In this document: positions 27,860-28,630 of the stretch, one piece after another | Layout of the letters: each line of letters begins with the position of its first letter | Position numbering within the stretch: the first letter of the stretch is position 1 | Origin: Cyanobacteria bacterium P01_D01_bin.156 | GTDB lineage: Bacteria; Cyanobacteriota; Cyanobacteriia; Phormidesmidales; Phormidesmidaceae | Direction of reading: 5' to 3' | Assembly: GCA_039024555.1 (NCBI GenBank) | Contig: JBCCQQ010000074.1 | Coordinates: forward strand, 1-28,630 | DNA length: 28,630 nt | Program-made: the position numbers and the translations under genes | The notes under the pieces: model-generated | Database searches by the model: none | What the model was told of the DNA's origin: nothing | Seen by the model: the letters and a program-made list of their open reading frames with translations, nothing else

Positions 27860-28375
27860 TTAGTCACTAAAGAATTGGCTTTGCAATATATACATGCGAA
27901 TAACGTCTCGATATTGTCCGTTTGTAAACACTTCTTGGATTAAACGACCTTCTTCGGTAAAGCCGGATTCAGTGTAGAGATGAATGGCTTTTTCGTTTTC
28001 TACAGCAACGAGGAGGTACACCTTGTTGAGATTGAGAATGGCAAAGGCATAGTCTAGGGCGAGGGCAATCAGCGTTCTGGCAAAGCCTTTGCCTTGATAA
28101 GCGGGTGAAATAATGATGGCAAATTCGGAGGTGCGATGAATGTAGTCGATTTCAAGGAGTTCGACTAGACCGATGGAATTGCCATCGCTGTCTTCGGTGA
28201 TAAAGCGTCTTTCTGTATTGTCGTGGATGTGTTTTTTGTATAGGTCTTCTAGTTCATCAAAGGATTCATAGGGTTCCTCGAACCAGTAGGCCATGATGTT
28301 GCGATTGTTGTTTAGTTTATGGATAAATTCCAGGTCTGTTTTTTCTAGAGCACGTAATGTTAGTTGCTTAGGCAT
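27860..28375 (-). CDS. speG: Spermidine N1-acetyltransferase (GNAT)
   Basis: Signature [55 protein letters not shown] and [12 protein letters not shown] 28375 gives 171 aa. Confidence 0.93.
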   Translation of the reverse strand: MPKQLTLRALEKTDLEFIHKLNNNRNIMAYWFEEPYESFDELEDLYKKHIHDNTERRFITEDSDGNSIGLVELLEIDYIHRTSEFAIIISPAYQGKGFARTLIALALDYAFAILNLNKVYLLVAVENEKAIHLYTESGFTEEGRLIQEVFTNGQYRDVIRMYILQSQFFSD

Positions 28376-28490
28376 AGGTTTGCACAATTTAACGACAGGT
28401 ATATCTAACAAGGGTTAACAGAAAAATAACGATTCTCAGGTTTTATTTTGATATTCGGATTGAGAGACTGGCCTACATACAAATTTTGGT

Positions 28491-28630
28491 GGGACTGTAC
28501 AGAATTTTGTGTAAGCGATCTATCATCCATGTACATCAGGAGATCGCCCCATGGCCCGCAAGAAAAAAGAACCGAACCGCGTTGATGACTTACTAGACGA
28601 ACTGCTGGAAGACTGCGCTACCCCGGAGGA
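28491..28630 (+). mobile_element. IS256-family element, left end (continues beyond the window)
   Basis: Terminal IR-like GGGACTGTACAGAATTTTGTGTAAG at 28491, RBS AGGAGA, then a transposase start at 28551. Confidence 0.8.
28551..28630 (+). CDS. IS256-family transposase, N-terminal fragment (truncated by the window)
   Basis: MARKKKEPNRVDDLLDELLEDCATPE..., resembling the LLDELL....TPEDI N-terminus of IS256 transposases. Confidence 0.75.
   Translation, partial: MARKKKEPNRVDDLLDELLEDCATPE

Overview
Cyanobacterial chromosomal window, inferred from at least 10 HIP1 GCGATCGC octamers, the cyanobacterial-type nadA/TIGR04168/Crp genes and a PEP-CTERM protein. The left part (1-12326) is mostly core genes: queuosine-precursor transporter, a secreted hypothetical protein, a Fic protein, leuS, thioredoxin, a Crp-family regulator, a TerB-like protein, nadA with an NrtR-like operator, an MpgP/GpgP-type HAD phosphatase, a TIGR04168 metallophosphoesterase and tRNA-Ser(UGA). 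Downstream of the tRNA lie a probable integrase relic and a truncated IS3 element. These are followed by the most interesting locus (13656-24618), a co-oriented and partly overlapping operon: polyprenol-phosphate-sugar synthase-like GT2, GT4, an orphan membrane-fusion protein, a membrane TPR protein, a 1105-aa GT-C (PMT-like) enzyme fused to two sugar-binding-like domains, and an LPG-synthase-TM flippase-like protein, then a PEP-CTERM surface protein. I read this as a candidate lipid-carrier-dependent surface glycosylation or glycan export system (inference). The right end carries an orphan pdeM, a TIR-TM-TIR'-TM membrane protein, a RAYT pseudogene, speG and the left end of an IS256-family element. 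All family calls come from motif recognition by eye; no database searches were run.
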